Under the pieces are notes generated by a model, which saw nothing but the letters and a program-made list of their open reading frames with translations, had not been told where the DNA came from and ran no database searches. Both the position numbers and the translations under genes were made by a program. Positions 1 to 12,345 of a stretch of DNA of 64,000 bases are shown here, one piece after another; the first letter of the stretch is position 1, and every line of letters starts with the position of its first letter. Source of the stretch: Bacteroidales bacterium (GTDB lineage: Bacteria > Bacteroidota > Bacteroidia > Bacteroidales > FEN-979); contig OY820914.1 of the NCBI GenBank assembly GCA_963682005.1, forward strand, positions 4,644,979-4,708,978. Direction: 5' to 3'.

Positions 1-215
1 TCTGTTGTTCCTGTTGAAAGGATAGACCAGGTAGTACCGCCGTTGGTTGTCTTAATAACAGTCCCCCAGTAACCTGCCACATATCCTGTATTTTGGTCTG
101 CAAAGGAAATGGACATCAGTGTATTCCCTTGCGGCAGAGGGTTCTGCCAGGTCCATTGCGAAAAAGAAATTGCAGAAACAGAAGCAAACCATGCTAAGAG
201 GAATATTTTTTTCAT
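1..215 (-). CDS. Secreted BNR/Ycf48-like beta-propeller protein, N-terminal fragment (gene runs off the window start)
   Basis: Absent from the ORF track because it has no in-window stop. Reverse translation from the ATG at 215-213 gives MKKIFLLAWFASVSAISFSQWTWQNPLPQGNTLMSISFADQNTGYVAGYWGTVIKTTNGGTTWSIL. That is a signal peptide plus the same TTxGGxTW blade motif seen in 3016..4326 and 22316..24436. Confidence 0.6.
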   Translation of the reverse strand, partial: MKKIFLLAWFASVSAISFSQWTWQNPLPQGNTLMSISFADQNTGYVAGYWGTVIKTTNGGTTWSILSTGTT

Positions 216-259
216 AGGTTTATTTTTAACATTTGAACCTACCAGATTATTAATTCAGC

Positions 260-323
260 AAATCAACAAGTCAATAAGTCAACAAATCAATAAATCAATA
301 AATCAATAAATCAACAAGTCAAA
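260..323. repeat. Tandem 8-bp repeat, 8 units (AAATCAAT / AAGTCAAC variants)
   Basis: Read directly as aaatcaac aagtcaat aagtcaac aaatcaat x3 aaatcaac aagtcaaa. It fills the spacer between the start of gene 1..215 and the stop of 329..1120. Confidence 0.9.
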
Positions 324-328
324 GCTCA

Positions 329-1120
329 TTATCCTTTCCTCCCCGTAGTATGCGTGACGAAAAGGCCATCCTCCACCTCGTGGTTTTTCATTGCAATGTC
401 TGAATATCCGATGATCCTGTTCGTTATTTCTTCGGTAAATATTTGATCCTCCAGGTTGTGATACAGGATGGCATAAGTCTTTACCAGGTTGTAAAAAGCC
501 TCAAGGCCGATGATCGAGGGGGTGATATGACGAAAGAGGGACCTGATCTCTTTATAGCCTGAGCCTGTAAGAAGGAGTGGCAGTCCCGTGGAAATCCTCG
601 GGTGCGAACCATACCGCACGTAAAACTCAAATTCCTTTTGCCTGAATAGCTTCCATGTCTCATTCTCACTGTTCAGGTCGTCGATGTAGTATTCGGTGAT
701 CAGCAAAATGCCCTGCTCCTTCAACCTTTTATACGCTTCTGCAAGAAACCCTTTAACATCCGGCATATGTTCAACGGCAAACCGGGTATGGACCAAGTCA
801 TATTTCTCCATAGGGAAATGACCGTCGAAAAGGATATTCCGGAAGATAATGTTATCCCTGCCATGCTTTTCAGAGGCCCTTGCGATCAGTTTACTGTCCG
901 CATCAATCGCATCGAAGGATACATCCGGTAATTGCTTAGCCAGTCCATGGATAAAAGTACCATCTCCCGTTCCCACATCAAGGACGCGCCGGATGTCATT
1001 CCTGCCGGTCATTTCCTTGATAAATAAATATTCTCCGGGCGCAAATGCTTTTGTCTGCGCAACATAGCAATCCTCCACAAATTTGCTTCCGTCAAGGATC
1101 CGGGTGTTGATATTTTTCAT
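329..1120 (-). CDS. Class I SAM-dependent methyltransferase
   Basis: 263-aa ORF with ATG start. Motif I VLDVGTGDGTF and the downstream acidic/hydrophobic pattern are typical of the Rossmann-fold methyltransferase family. Confidence 0.8.
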   Translation of the reverse strand: MKNINTRILDGSKFVEDCYVAQTKAFAPGEYLFIKEMTGRNDIRRVLDVGTGDGTFIHGLAKQLPDVSFDAIDADSKLIARASEKHGRDNIIFRNILFDGHFPMEKYDLVHTRFAVEHMPDVKGFLAEAYKRLKEQGILLITEYYIDDLNSENETWKLFRQKEFEFYVRYGSHPRISTGLPLLLTGSGYKEIRSLFRHITPSIIGLEAFYNLVKTYAILYHNLEDQIFTEEITNRIIGYSDIAMKNHEVEDGLFVTHTTGRKG

Positions 1121-1180
1121 GCTGCTGAATTTTTTATTATCATCAGGTCATTGGTGGTCATGATCAACTTTATACTATTC

Positions 1181-2857
1181 TCAAACCTTTATCGGGATTC
1201 TGTTTAGAATATAAATATAGGACTTTCTATACGGGATGTACTGAACATAGGAAAACATTTTAACGGTCTTGTATCCGGGGATCGGACCAAAGGTTAAAAT
1301 ATAGTCATCTTTATCAACAAACCACCAGCTTTTGTTCTTATCATCCTGCACAAGACCTGTTTGATACCACCCGTTAAATTCAAAACCTCCATCAATAGCA
1401 TGAGGGGATTTCTTCAGGTCTTTCATCAGATAACTTATTCCCTGCCACCGTGCCCTGTTCCATGACAGGTAATCATGTGTCAGGCATACGCTGATCACTC
1501 CAAAAAAGATTGCCAATGAAATAACCACAGGTGAAATCCTGTTTTTCAGATTAAATTCAAATGCAGGCGGCAGGATTACTATGCATACCGGAAAGAATAA
1601 TTGAATCAAATACCGGTCAAAGAAAAAGTCCGGAATTACAAATGTCCCAAAGAATAGTAGGATCATCATAAAAGAAATCAGCTTAAATCTCTCAATTTGA
1701 AAATCCTGTTTATCATCAATCCAACCATTTATAAACGCAAATAAATTCCTGAATAAATAATAAAATAACAACACCCCCCCCGCAAAGCTGAATGTCCTCA
1801 GTACATTCAATGAAATATTGCCCAATTCGACATCATTGTTAATATGCAAAACATATACATCCTTTAACAATTTCGGACCCAGGCTGAAATTATTAAAAAC
1901 ATTTCCTAAAGGGATATTGGCCCATGCACGTGTTAAGGGAAGAATTAATGCAATGGTAAAAGCAATACTTAAAATATTTTCCTTTTTCCAAAATTCCTTC
2001 ATGTAATTTGGAAGCAATAATATCAGTAATGGAAACAGGAACAACCCTAACGTCATTCCACTTGATCCTGTTCTCATATATATATGCCAGAAAGTGTCTG
2101 TTCCGATGTTTGAAATAATAGTACCGACATAAAAATAACTTGTCTGGCCTGCAACAGATATTGAATGCCAATAGTTATAGCAGGATAAAATCAATAATGT
2201 CATAAAAAGAGAGAGCCAAACCAGTATATAAAACAACTTATTATGGTGATTTTCCCTGTGATAGTAGCTGGCGAAGACAACAGAAATCGGAATAATTATC
2301 CCTATTTGACGTATTAATGTTGCGATTAATATAAAGATGGTGGCAATAGCAATATCCGACACGTTATTTGAACGAAAATTGCGGTTATAAAACAAGATGG
2401 ATAATATTGAAAAAGTATAAAAATAAACATCCGTCATAAAAGTATTCGACAAATTAAAATACAAAGGATTTCCTGCCATGATCAGGCATACAAATAATGC
2501 GATCCTGTTTGAGAATTTCAGATCTTTCAAAATTTTATATGTTGTGAGGATACCGATCAGACCGATAACAGTTGTTAATAATCGTAATAGTGTAAAGGAA
2601 AATGTAAATATTTTACACCAGGCTGTACCAATAATGATTTGCGCGACCAATGTCATTGCGGACCAATCAATTAAATCAAGCCGGCCATTCGTTAAAAAGT
2701 TCAGGACATCCTTACTGTATGCCCAATCATCATTTAGTGGAAATTCACCCAGCGGATTAACCAAAGTAATTGCAAGCAACCAGAGAGATGCAATCAGGAG
2801 ATAATTCTTTTCCGGGATTAATTTTCGATTTGAAACTATTTTATTGAAAGTTTTCAT
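1181..2857 (-). CDS. Polytopic membrane glycosyltransferase, GT39/ArnT-like (GT-C fold)
   Basis: 558 aa with more than 10 predicted TM segments. The first-loop acidic motif PLNDDWAY resembles the DxD/ExD loop of PMT/ArnT-type enzymes, and a C-terminal soluble domain is present. Confidence 0.55.
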   Translation of the reverse strand: MKTFNKIVSNRKLIPEKNYLLIASLWLLAITLVNPLGEFPLNDDWAYSKDVLNFLTNGRLDLIDWSAMTLVAQIIIGTAWCKIFTFSFTLLRLLTTVIGLIGILTTYKILKDLKFSNRIALFVCLIMAGNPLYFNLSNTFMTDVYFYTFSILSILFYNRNFRSNNVSDIAIATIFILIATLIRQIGIIIPISVVFASYYHRENHHNKLFYILVWLSLFMTLLILSCYNYWHSISVAGQTSYFYVGTIISNIGTDTFWHIYMRTGSSGMTLGLFLFPLLILLLPNYMKEFWKKENILSIAFTIALILPLTRAWANIPLGNVFNNFSLGPKLLKDVYVLHINNDVELGNISLNVLRTFSFAGGVLLFYYLFRNLFAFINGWIDDKQDFQIERFKLISFMMILLFFGTFVIPDFFFDRYLIQLFFPVCIVILPPAFEFNLKNRISPVVISLAIFFGVISVCLTHDYLSWNRARWQGISYLMKDLKKSPHAIDGGFEFNGWYQTGLVQDDKNKSWWFVDKDDYILTFGPIPGYKTVKMFSYVQYIPYRKSYIYILNRIPIKV

Positions 2858-3015
2858 TATCTATAACAATTTTGTGAATTCCTATGAACTCACATTCTCC
2901 GATCATTCAATAGGTTTGCAAAATTTCCCGGAAAAAAAACAAGCCCGGAAGTGTTTACAAAAAATGAAGGTAAATATTTCCGGATTTTCAGAATAAAAAC
3001 AGACGACATTTTTTC

Positions 3016-4326
3016 CTATTCTATTATCAGTTTTTGTACAACGGAGGATTGATCCGTTTTTACTTTGACAAAGTAAAATGATTTGGGCAGATCCTGCAAA
3101 TCCAGGGAGATGACAGTGCCCGGATTTGCATACGACCCGGAAAAGACAAGGTGACCTTCCAATGTAAAGACTTCAATTTCAACCTTGTTCAGCTTATCCG
3201 AAAATAACCGGATAAAGAGTTTCCCATCAGAAGGGTTCGGTGAGATTGAGATGGGTTTGTCAATTTGGCTTTTTTCCTTAATGTCTGTAAGGACCCCCGT
3301 GAATTTGTGGATGTTATTAAGGGGATAGTAGCTTCCTCCCAGCCACCCTGTGGCAGCACTTTTAAAATTTATAAAAGATGCATTATGAATATCCGAATCG
3401 ATCTCCAGGATCGTGGTGAACGAATCGGGGGTAAAAAAGATATCAGTACTTGCAGTATCAGGAGAGGTAGCAATATATCCGAACGGGATTCCCGGCACCC
3501 TGCTCATGCTTCCGAATGTGAATCGCGTATCCAGGTTGATATGAGTCCAGGAGGCACCGCCGTCATTCGTCTGGTACATGCTGTTTTCCACACCGGCCAG
3601 GTAAGCAACACCGTTCATTTCATCCGTAAAGCACAGGTTGATATATTCAGGAACGACCTCCGATACAGCCCAGTGAAGCCCCCTGTCAGAAGACCGGAAA
3701 CACCTTCCTTTGGATGTGGGGAACCAGATGGAATTGCCTGCAGCGGTGTAATTTCCCGATGTGCCTGTCTCGCCGGTCAGTGCGGGCGGAATATTGGTGG
3801 CCGGAACCCGCGTCCAGGTGTTCCCGCCATCAAAGGTCAGCTGGATCTCAAAATAGCCATCGGGGGGATCACCCATCACCAGGCAGGTATCTGCACTGAA
3901 CAGATGAATGAAATTGGCCCATCCTCCGGAGAATTGACTGGTCGTCTTCTTTGACCAGGTAGTTCCCCCATCAGTCGTTTTCCAAACCTGCCCTCCGTAA
4001 ACCGCTCCGTCAGTGAACAGATAGTAGCAGATGCTGGTATCCCATGCTGCCAGATGCTGGATCCATGGTGTTCCTGGAACAGGGATCTGCCTGAATTGCC
4101 AGGTATTACCTCCATCGGTCGTTTTTACAGCTTTCGAATACGCTACATACCCGTGATTGCGCTGATGGACTGTCCCCACCCAAACCGAATGATCATCAAC
4201 AATGGAAGTCCACCAGGAGAAATAGGCGGAAGTGTCATATGGATAATTCAATGGCATACTGACGAACTGGGCTGTGCCGGTTCGTGCTAATCCAAGCAGC
4301 AACAGGAAAAGAGTAAGTTTTTTCAT
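3016..4326 (-). CDS. Secreted BNR/Ycf48-like beta-propeller protein with T9SS C-terminal sorting domain
   Basis: Signal peptide MKKLTLFLLLLGLARTGTAQ. Repeated TTDGGNTW / TFDGGNTW / SSDRGLHW / TNDGGASW blades. The C-terminus ISPNPSDGKLFIRL...FYFVKVKTDQSSVVQKLIIE matches the Por secretion tail pattern. Confidence 0.7.
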   Translation of the reverse strand: MKKLTLFLLLLGLARTGTAQFVSMPLNYPYDTSAYFSWWTSIVDDHSVWVGTVHQRNHGYVAYSKAVKTTDGGNTWQFRQIPVPGTPWIQHLAAWDTSICYYLFTDGAVYGGQVWKTTDGGTTWSKKTTSQFSGGWANFIHLFSADTCLVMGDPPDGYFEIQLTFDGGNTWTRVPATNIPPALTGETGTSGNYTAAGNSIWFPTSKGRCFRSSDRGLHWAVSEVVPEYINLCFTDEMNGVAYLAGVENSMYQTNDGGASWTHINLDTRFTFGSMSRVPGIPFGYIATSPDTASTDIFFTPDSFTTILEIDSDIHNASFINFKSAATGWLGGSYYPLNNIHKFTGVLTDIKEKSQIDKPISISPNPSDGKLFIRLFSDKLNKVEIEVFTLEGHLVFSGSYANPGTVISLDLQDLPKSFYFVKVKTDQSSVVQKLIIE

Positions 4327-4327
4327 A

Positions 4328-4846
4328 TTAGAACCAGGTTTTTTCCATATACTTCTGATAATCCGGGAAGGTCTTTATTAGTTGAATTTCTTCAAGCCTT
4401 TTCCAGATATAGATATTAATTGAATAAATTATTGTCATGATCATCGAGGTGGTGGATTGATGGTATAAAGAACTTCCCACCATCCAGAGGATGAACGCAA
4501 GGTACATCGGATGCCTGAAATATTTATAGATCCCATTTGTTACCAAATCACCGTGATAATTTTCAAACTTTTTGATCATCAAAAGAGACCAGAAAAAGAG
4601 GACCATTCCCAATAAAAACGTTAATATTCCAAGGTATTTAATAACATCCGGCAATTGTAACTTGAAAGGATCAACAAATCCCAGCATGAACCATGAAACC
4701 CAAAGAATAATCATATTGAGGAATATTACCGGAAATACAAATTTACCTTCCGGGTTGATCTTGTCATTGATCTTTAAGAATTCATAACCCGTTCTGACAA
4801 TGTGGGTGACAATACTCACAGATAGAATGATAATGAATAGTTTCAT
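4328..4846 (-). CDS. Isoprenylcysteine carboxyl methyltransferase (ICMT/PEMT) family membrane protein
   Basis: 172 aa with 4-5 TM segments. C-terminal signature YKYFRHPMYLAFILWMVG is present. Its stop is 1 nt from the start of the upstream gene, suggesting an operon. Confidence 0.75.
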   Translation of the reverse strand: MKLFIIILSVSIVTHIVRTGYEFLKINDKINPEGKFVFPVIFLNMIILWVSWFMLGFVDPFKLQLPDVIKYLGILTFLLGMVLFFWSLLMIKKFENYHGDLVTNGIYKYFRHPMYLAFILWMVGSSLYHQSTTSMIMTIIYSINIYIWKRLEEIQLIKTFPDYQKYMEKTWF

Positions 4847-4989
4847 GGTTGATCAGGTTTTGCGTTACTTCAATCCATTCTATGAATAATGAACTGAGTT
4901 TCAATTATTGGGATTCTTTTATTCGCGTTATGTGTAACGAATTGTACTCCCTTTGACCACTGCCGTCCTGATGTCAGCAACCCTTTCTA

Positions 4990-5736
4990 TCAACATTTTA
5001 ATTCCTTCCCTTTTAAATAAGCGATCTCGAGATATTTCTTCCTTGTTTCAGGACTTACAGCTAAAATGGAGTGGAAATAAATATGGTCAACATTTTCAAT
5101 GCCCGGATATTTTAGGCTCCAGTCATCTATTGTTTTTTCCATGGAAGCTTTAAATCCTTTTTCCCTGTAAACTTTTTCGTTAAAAAATGTAGGCTGGATG
5201 ATAATTGCTTTCTTAATCTTCAGCAATGGGATGCGCCCGTCAGGATCGCCTTTCCAGCCGTTTTCGTTTAATTTGTATGCGAATCCATAGGTTAAAACCC
5301 TTTCCATCCATCCTTTGACCAAAGCTGGAAAGTGCATCCAGAAAACCTGGGTTATAAAAACCAGTACATCCGCTTCTGCTACTTTCTTTTGCTGCAACAG
5401 CACATCTTTCGGCTTTTGAGAATTAATAAGCTTTATCAGTTCCTCATCGGTCTTGTTCTTTATATACAGTTTTGCCAACAGTCTCTTTACCGGACCTCCG
5501 GCAAGCCCGACGATCATCGCCCGCATGTCCATCTGCTGAAACAGGTCTTTAGGCATGTCTTCATCCACAAAAAATGCAGAATCCATATCCTGAAATATGG
5601 GATTGAACTTGATTTTGTACAAATCAACAACCTCATATTGATGGCCTGCTTCTTTCAGACCCCTGACAAAATTGTCAAGAATGGCTTTTGTAAACGACAT
5701 TGGATTCGGATGGGCGTAAATGATTAAGGTTTTCAT
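4990..5736 (-). CDS. NAD(P)H dehydrogenase (quinone), flavodoxin-like fold family
   Basis: The N-terminus MKTLIIYAHPNPMSFTKAI is typical of the Flavodoxin_2 / NQO-type FMN reductase family. Length is 248 aa. Confidence 0.75.
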   Translation of the reverse strand: MKTLIIYAHPNPMSFTKAILDNFVRGLKEAGHQYEVVDLYKIKFNPIFQDMDSAFFVDEDMPKDLFQQMDMRAMIVGLAGGPVKRLLAKLYIKNKTDEELIKLINSQKPKDVLLQQKKVAEADVLVFITQVFWMHFPALVKGWMERVLTYGFAYKLNENGWKGDPDGRIPLLKIKKAIIIQPTFFNEKVYREKGFKASMEKTIDDWSLKYPGIENVDHIYFHSILAVSPETRKKYLEIAYLKGKELKC

Positions 5737-5874
5737 GGTGTACTGTTTTTTATTACGAAATATCGTTTCAAATTTTCGGGTTTCTGTTATCCTTACCCGC
5801 CGCCGTTAGCGGGACTTTCTCAACACAAAAGTTGCCTGTAATGCCGGCTTTCCGTTTGCTTTCGACCTTACGCA

Positions 5875-7263
5875 TCAATTTTTTACAATCCTTTTCACTA
5901 CCGCATTTTCAAAATCACAAAGCTTTAACGCATATACTCCTTTTGCAAGCATAGAAATATCTAGTACTGTTTTTAATTCCCGGGTTGATTGCTGCATAAG
6001 CAAATACCCATTTATACTGTAAATTGATACTGTACCATCTTTAAATCGATCTGTTTTGGCTATCGTTACAAAATTGCCTGCAGGATTAGGATAGATACAA
6101 ACATTATTATTGTTTGGTCCCTCTATACTTAAAATGTCGCCGAGTGAAAACACAACTCCAAAATCATTTATGCCTCCCGTACATGCCGTTCCGTATAAAA
6201 AAATCCCATCAGAAATAAGTGTACCCCTGGGCCCGCTTCCGTTCGTAAAACCGGTAAAGTCCAATAATTTCATATAATCGTTCCCATCTGTTCTTATCTT
6301 AAAGATCACTCCGTAATCACTGATCCCTCCCTTCATCGTCATCCCATAAAGAAAATTGCCATCAAAAAAGAAGGAATCATAAGGTTTACTTCCGTTTGAT
6401 ATCCCTTCAAAGTCCAATAGTTTTTCATAGCCGCTGCCATCGGGTTTTATTCTGAAAATCGTTCCCATATCATATAAGCCCCCCGCATATGTCATCCCAT
6501 ACATAAATGTGCCATCTGAAATAAGTGAGCCATAAGGCCTGGCACCGTTTAAGACGCCCGTAAAGTCCAACATTTTTGAATACCCGGTTCCATCAGGTTT
6601 AATTTTAAAGACAACCCCCATATCATTAATACCGCCAATTATTGTCATTCCATAAAGGAAGTTTCCATCATAAATGAGCGAACCGGAAGGATTACTTCCG
6701 TTTATGTGCGTGAAGTCCAATAGTTTTGTATAGTCGCTGCCATCAGGCTTGATCTTAAAAACCGCTCCTTCATTATATGTTCCCCCACCACTTGTCATTC
6801 CATAAAGATAACTTCCAACTGAAATTAGGGAACCATATGGTAAACTTCCGTTGAGTCCGGAAAAGTCAAGTAGTTTTGAAAAACCACTGCCATCGGATTT
6901 TACCTTAAAGATAGTTCCCAGGTTAAATGTTCCTCCCTGTTCCGCCATTCCATATAAATAGATCCCATCGGAGATCAGGGAACCGCATGGAGTGCTTCCG
7001 CTTATGAAACCGTTAAAATCCATCAATTTGACATACTCACTTCCATCCGGATTTAGTTTAAATACCGTTCCCTGATCATTTGTCCCGCCATATGCTGTCA
7101 TTCCGTACAGAAAGTTGTTCTCATACACAAGCGAACACCCGGGCCACCTTCCGTTGGCAGCGCCAGCAAAATCAAGCAATTTGGTATATTGGGCAGAACA
7201 GTTGAAGGGGAAATGTGAAATGCTGAACGATGTAATTGCGAAAAACAAAATAAACTTTTTCAT
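5875..7263 (-). CDS. GloVer (Gloeo_Verruco) tandem-repeat protein with T9SS C-terminal sorting domain
   Basis: Signal peptide, then about 8 repeats of roughly 47 aa (GGxxxxGTVFKxxxDGSxYxKLxDF...GSxPxGSLIxDGxxLYGM). C-terminal tail IYPNPAGNFVTI...GVYALKL...VKRIVKN. Confidence 0.8.
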   Translation of the reverse strand: MKKFILFFAITSFSISHFPFNCSAQYTKLLDFAGAANGRWPGCSLVYENNFLYGMTAYGGTNDQGTVFKLNPDGSEYVKLMDFNGFISGSTPCGSLISDGIYLYGMAEQGGTFNLGTIFKVKSDGSGFSKLLDFSGLNGSLPYGSLISVGSYLYGMTSGGGTYNEGAVFKIKPDGSDYTKLLDFTHINGSNPSGSLIYDGNFLYGMTIIGGINDMGVVFKIKPDGTGYSKMLDFTGVLNGARPYGSLISDGTFMYGMTYAGGLYDMGTIFRIKPDGSGYEKLLDFEGISNGSKPYDSFFFDGNFLYGMTMKGGISDYGVIFKIRTDGNDYMKLLDFTGFTNGSGPRGTLISDGIFLYGTACTGGINDFGVVFSLGDILSIEGPNNNNVCIYPNPAGNFVTIAKTDRFKDGTVSIYSINGYLLMQQSTRELKTVLDISMLAKGVYALKLCDFENAVVKRIVKN

Positions 7264-7373
7264 GGCTTCAAATTATGTCACCAAAATGCCGGTCGGCAGT
7301 CGTTATACCGTCTTTTTCACGTCACGCGTCACGCGTTACTTTTTCTGAATTTTGCATGTATTCCAGGCCGAAG

Positions 7374-7420
7374 GTTCGATCATATAAATATAAGAACATT
7401 ATGAATATACCAATACCCAT
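7374..7420 (-). mobile_element. Short fragment homologous to the 3' region of the group II intron (end of the RT ORF / start of domain V)
   Basis: gttcgatcatataaatataagaacattatgaatataccaatacccat aligns by eye with 20381..20427 of the intact intron (gttcgatcacataaatataagaactttatggatataccaattcccag). Confidence 0.5.
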
Positions 7421-7604
7421 GACATATCCTGGCTTCCATCCATACCTCTACAGCATGGTCCCCGGGGATATTCCTTTGCGCCCCTTGGTGACGTCCTTCG
7501 GACGCCTTGGTGGTTTATTTCGGGCTAAAAAAATGATTGCTTTTAAGTCGGTCCCTTTTCAATACATCACGATAAAACTACTGGCGTGATTGTATTCAAT
7601 CAGG

Positions 7605-8231
7605 TTAATTTAACTTTTGCTGCAAATACTTGTCTGCATTTTCTTTGAAAGTTTTCAGATCGGTCACTTTACCGTATCCGCCCTCAGTTATGGTGGCAAG
7701 GACACTCGCCTGTACATCCGCGGCTTTTACGACGTAGTCGATATACTTTACATCCCGGGTAGCGCAGGCATCAGCAATGACGACACATTCAAAGTCAAAG
7801 TCATGCCCCGCCCGGACCGCTGCTTCCAGGCACATCTGGGTCTGCATGCCAATGATGACCAAACGGTTTATATTGTTGCTTTTCAGATATTCCAGCAAAT
7901 CCGTATTCTGAAAACAATTCACCTCTTCTTTCGTGATTACCTTTTCATTTGAGAGCGGTTCAACATTCTTATGTATCGCAAATCCCTTCCCTGTTTTATG
8001 GCGGACATGCACTACCAATAGATTCTTTTCCCTGAAGATCCCGAGAACTTCTTTGGCGTTCAGGCTTGCCTGGACGGCATTGACCAATCCCGGTCCATCC
8101 CCGGGAAAATAGAAATCCTGGATGTCGATGATCAATAAAGCTGTTTTAATGGCGCCATCCGCTTTTTGTTGTGAATATGCAGAAAACTGGAACATCAAAA
8201 GCACTAACACAAATCCTGCTATCTTTTTCAT
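7605..8231 (-). CDS. Isochorismatase-family cysteine hydrolase with N-terminal signal peptide
   Basis: Signal-like N-terminus MKKIAGFVLVLLMFQFSAYSQ. The core TALLIIDIQDFYF ... VIIGMQTQMCLEAAV (catalytic Cys region) is typical of the isochorismatase/nicotinamidase fold. Confidence 0.8.
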   Translation of the reverse strand: MKKIAGFVLVLLMFQFSAYSQQKADGAIKTALLIIDIQDFYFPGDGPGLVNAVQASLNAKEVLGIFREKNLLVVHVRHKTGKGFAIHKNVEPLSNEKVITKEEVNCFQNTDLLEYLKSNNINRLVIIGMQTQMCLEAAVRAGHDFDFECVVIADACATRDVKYIDYVVKAADVQASVLATITEGGYGKVTDLKTFKENADKYLQQKLN

Positions 8232-8420
8232 ATTTTTAATTTTAATGATCGGGGCATATAGACGGGGATTACAATTGAATCCATTATACTGATTAAACTA
8301 TTTTTATTCAAGAACTAACTGCAACATCGCACAAAGATCTTAATTTCCGGTGACATGCCGTTGAGCGCCTTGTTGGTGGTTCCATTCCCGGACTCACAAG
8401 ATCACAACGCCGCAAGGTCA

Positions 8421-8487
8421 CAAAGTAACAAAGTAACGGTTAAACAGCTAAACAACTAAGCAACTAAACAGCTAAACAGCTAAACAG
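8421..8487. repeat. Tandem 8-bp repeats (CAAAGTAA x2, then CTAAACAG-type x6)
   Basis: Read directly. The array ends 5 nt before the katG stop codon at 8492-8494. Confidence 0.9.
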
Positions 8488-8491
8488 TTTA

Positions 8492-10714
<2,223 letters not shown>

Positions 10715-10844
10715 TTACTTCCTGGTATTTTGTGCTATATACAAAATTAATACAAATCGCCGTCGTTACCAGCCGATAATCTTCGATCCCGGGAAATAAA
10801 CAATTCTAAAAACCTGAAAAAATAAAGATATGATTGTGGGACCT

Positions 10845-11408
10845 TCATATCCTTAGTGAACCGCGGAACCCCCTGGCGGCATAGTATGATTCTGCACCGT
10901 TGTGATACACGAAGACATGGTCGTAGCGACGATCACAATATAGTGCCCCTCCCAGTTTTCTGATCTCAGCAGGTGTCTTCACCCAGCTCGATGTTTTCGT
11001 ATCGAATTTACCAAGTTTCTGCAATTTGTAGTATTGTTCTTCGGATAAAATTTCAATGCCCATGTCAGCAGCCATTTCAATCGCGTTATTCCAGGGTTTA
11101 TGCTCTTTTCTTGAATCAAGTGCTTCACGGTCGTAACAAACACTTCTACGGCCTTTAGGACTTTCATCTGAACAATCATAAAAAATGGTTTCGCCTGTAT
11201 CGATGTCGGTACCAACAACATCCGGCTCACCGCCTGTTCTTTCCAATTCATTCAGTGACCACAGTTTTCCAGGATCAGCTTCCAGCTTTGCATGCAGTTT
11301 ATCCCATTCAAGACCTTTATGGCGGTCCATGTTTTGCTCAAAACGGGCTTTTAACACTCCGATCAACTCTTCCTGTTGCTCCGTTGACAACTCCTTTCCA
11401 TTTCCCAT
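10845..11408 (-). CDS. DUF4256-family protein
   Basis: 187 aa. The N-terminal LSTEQQEELIGVLKARFEQNMDRHKGLEWDKL and ERTGGEPDVVG match my recollection of the DUF4256 family. Confidence 0.65.
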   Translation of the reverse strand: MGNGKELSTEQQEELIGVLKARFEQNMDRHKGLEWDKLHAKLEADPGKLWSLNELERTGGEPDVVGTDIDTGETIFYDCSDESPKGRRSVCYDREALDSRKEHKPWNNAIEMAADMGIEILSEEQYYKLQKLGKFDTKTSSWVKTPAEIRKLGGALYCDRRYDHVFVYHNGAESYYAARGFRGSLRI

Positions 11409-11433
11409 TGTGATGTTGTTTTATTTTGACATG

Positions 11434-11790
11434 TCAATTGTTTTTCAGTTCATCCTCAATCAAAAAATCCCCATCTATGATCAGCACCTTCACCCCGTTT
11501 TCGGTGGTTGAACGATGCGAGCTTAAATTGTCGGACACGACGTATGTCTGGCCTTTTTGTAATGTGAACCGGTCTCCGTTCTCCATTTCGCTTACAAATT
11601 CGCCTTCCAGGCAATGAACGATATGTCCTTTCCTGCACCAATGGTCGGCCAGGTATCCTTTTGAATATTCAACGATCCGGATCCTTAACCCGGGGAACTG
11701 AACGGTCTGCCATGTTGCCATCCCGGTCTCCCCAGGATGTTCAACCCGGAAAATTGCTGACCAGTCAATGGTTTGAAAGGGAATTTGCAT
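11434..11790 (-). CDS. Cupin-fold protein (DHCW-motif type)
   Basis: 118 aa. The motif DHWCRKGHIVHCLEGEF and the small beta-barrel size fit this family. Confidence 0.7.
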   Translation of the reverse strand: MQIPFQTIDWSAIFRVEHPGETGMATWQTVQFPGLRIRIVEYSKGYLADHWCRKGHIVHCLEGEFVSEMENGDRFTLQKGQTYVVSDNLSSHRSTTENGVKVLIIDGDFLIEDELKNN

Positions 11791-11895
11791 ATGTTTTCTT
11801 TAGGGGGTTTCTAAAATCATCGAAGTAACTGCATGCGGGCTGGAGGATGGTGCAGGCTGAAATAGCCAAACACTGCCTGCCAGTCACATCAGGAC

Positions 11896-12345
11896 TTAAG
11901 CATCCGGAATTTCCGGTTCCACTAATTTTATCAGTTTTCCCAGCGATTCCTGCCACCCCAGATAGCACATTTCTACGGGTATGGCAGGAGGAATGCCTTC
12001 CTGAACGACGGTAAGATCAGTGCCCACGGAAACCTTTTTAAGCCAAACTGAAGTGATCATTTCTCCGGGTAAATTGGGGTCGTCAAATTTATCGCTGTAT
12101 TTTAAGAATTCACCCGGTTTGATCTCCAGGAACTTCCCCCCGAAAGATTGGGTATTGCCGGTGGAAAAATTGATGAACGACATTTTATAGCTGCCTCCAA
12201 CGCGTGCATCCATTTCATGAACAATTCCTAAAAATCCGTAAGGCGGGATCCAGGATGCAAGAGCATTGGCTTCGGTGAAGGCACGATATACTTTTTCGGG
12301 TGTTGCTTTAACAACCCTGTGCAATTTTACACTGTTGCCTGACAT
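11896..12345 (-). CDS. SRPBCC / AHSA1-like (Aha1 domain) protein
   Basis: 149 aa. The N-terminal VKLHRVVKATPEKVYRAFTEANALASW is typical of the family. Confidence 0.75.
   Translation of the reverse strand: MSGNSVKLHRVVKATPEKVYRAFTEANALASWIPPYGFLGIVHEMDARVGGSYKMSFINFSTGNTQSFGGKFLEIKPGEFLKYSDKFDDPNLPGEMITSVWLKKVSVGTDLTVVQEGIPPAIPVEMCYLGWQESLGKLIKLVEPEIPDA

Noticed and set aside
109-309. 66-aa ORF ending in ...QQINKSISQQINKSINQ, and ORF 15840..16025 (MLITHYSLLITHCSLF...)
   Set aside because: Their sequences are translations of tandem repeat arrays. In addition, ORF 109..309 overlaps the real minus-strand gene start at 215.
3265-3954. 229-aa plus-strand ORF antisense to the propeller protein gene
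   Set aside because: The product is Arg/Gly/Ser/Cys-rich and low in complexity, and it is fully embedded opposite a gene with clear domain repeats. I treat it as a typical antisense artefact.
7361-7385. ggttcgatca resembling a tRNA T-arm
   Set aside because: No cloverleaf can be built around it. The segment instead aligns with the intron 3' region.
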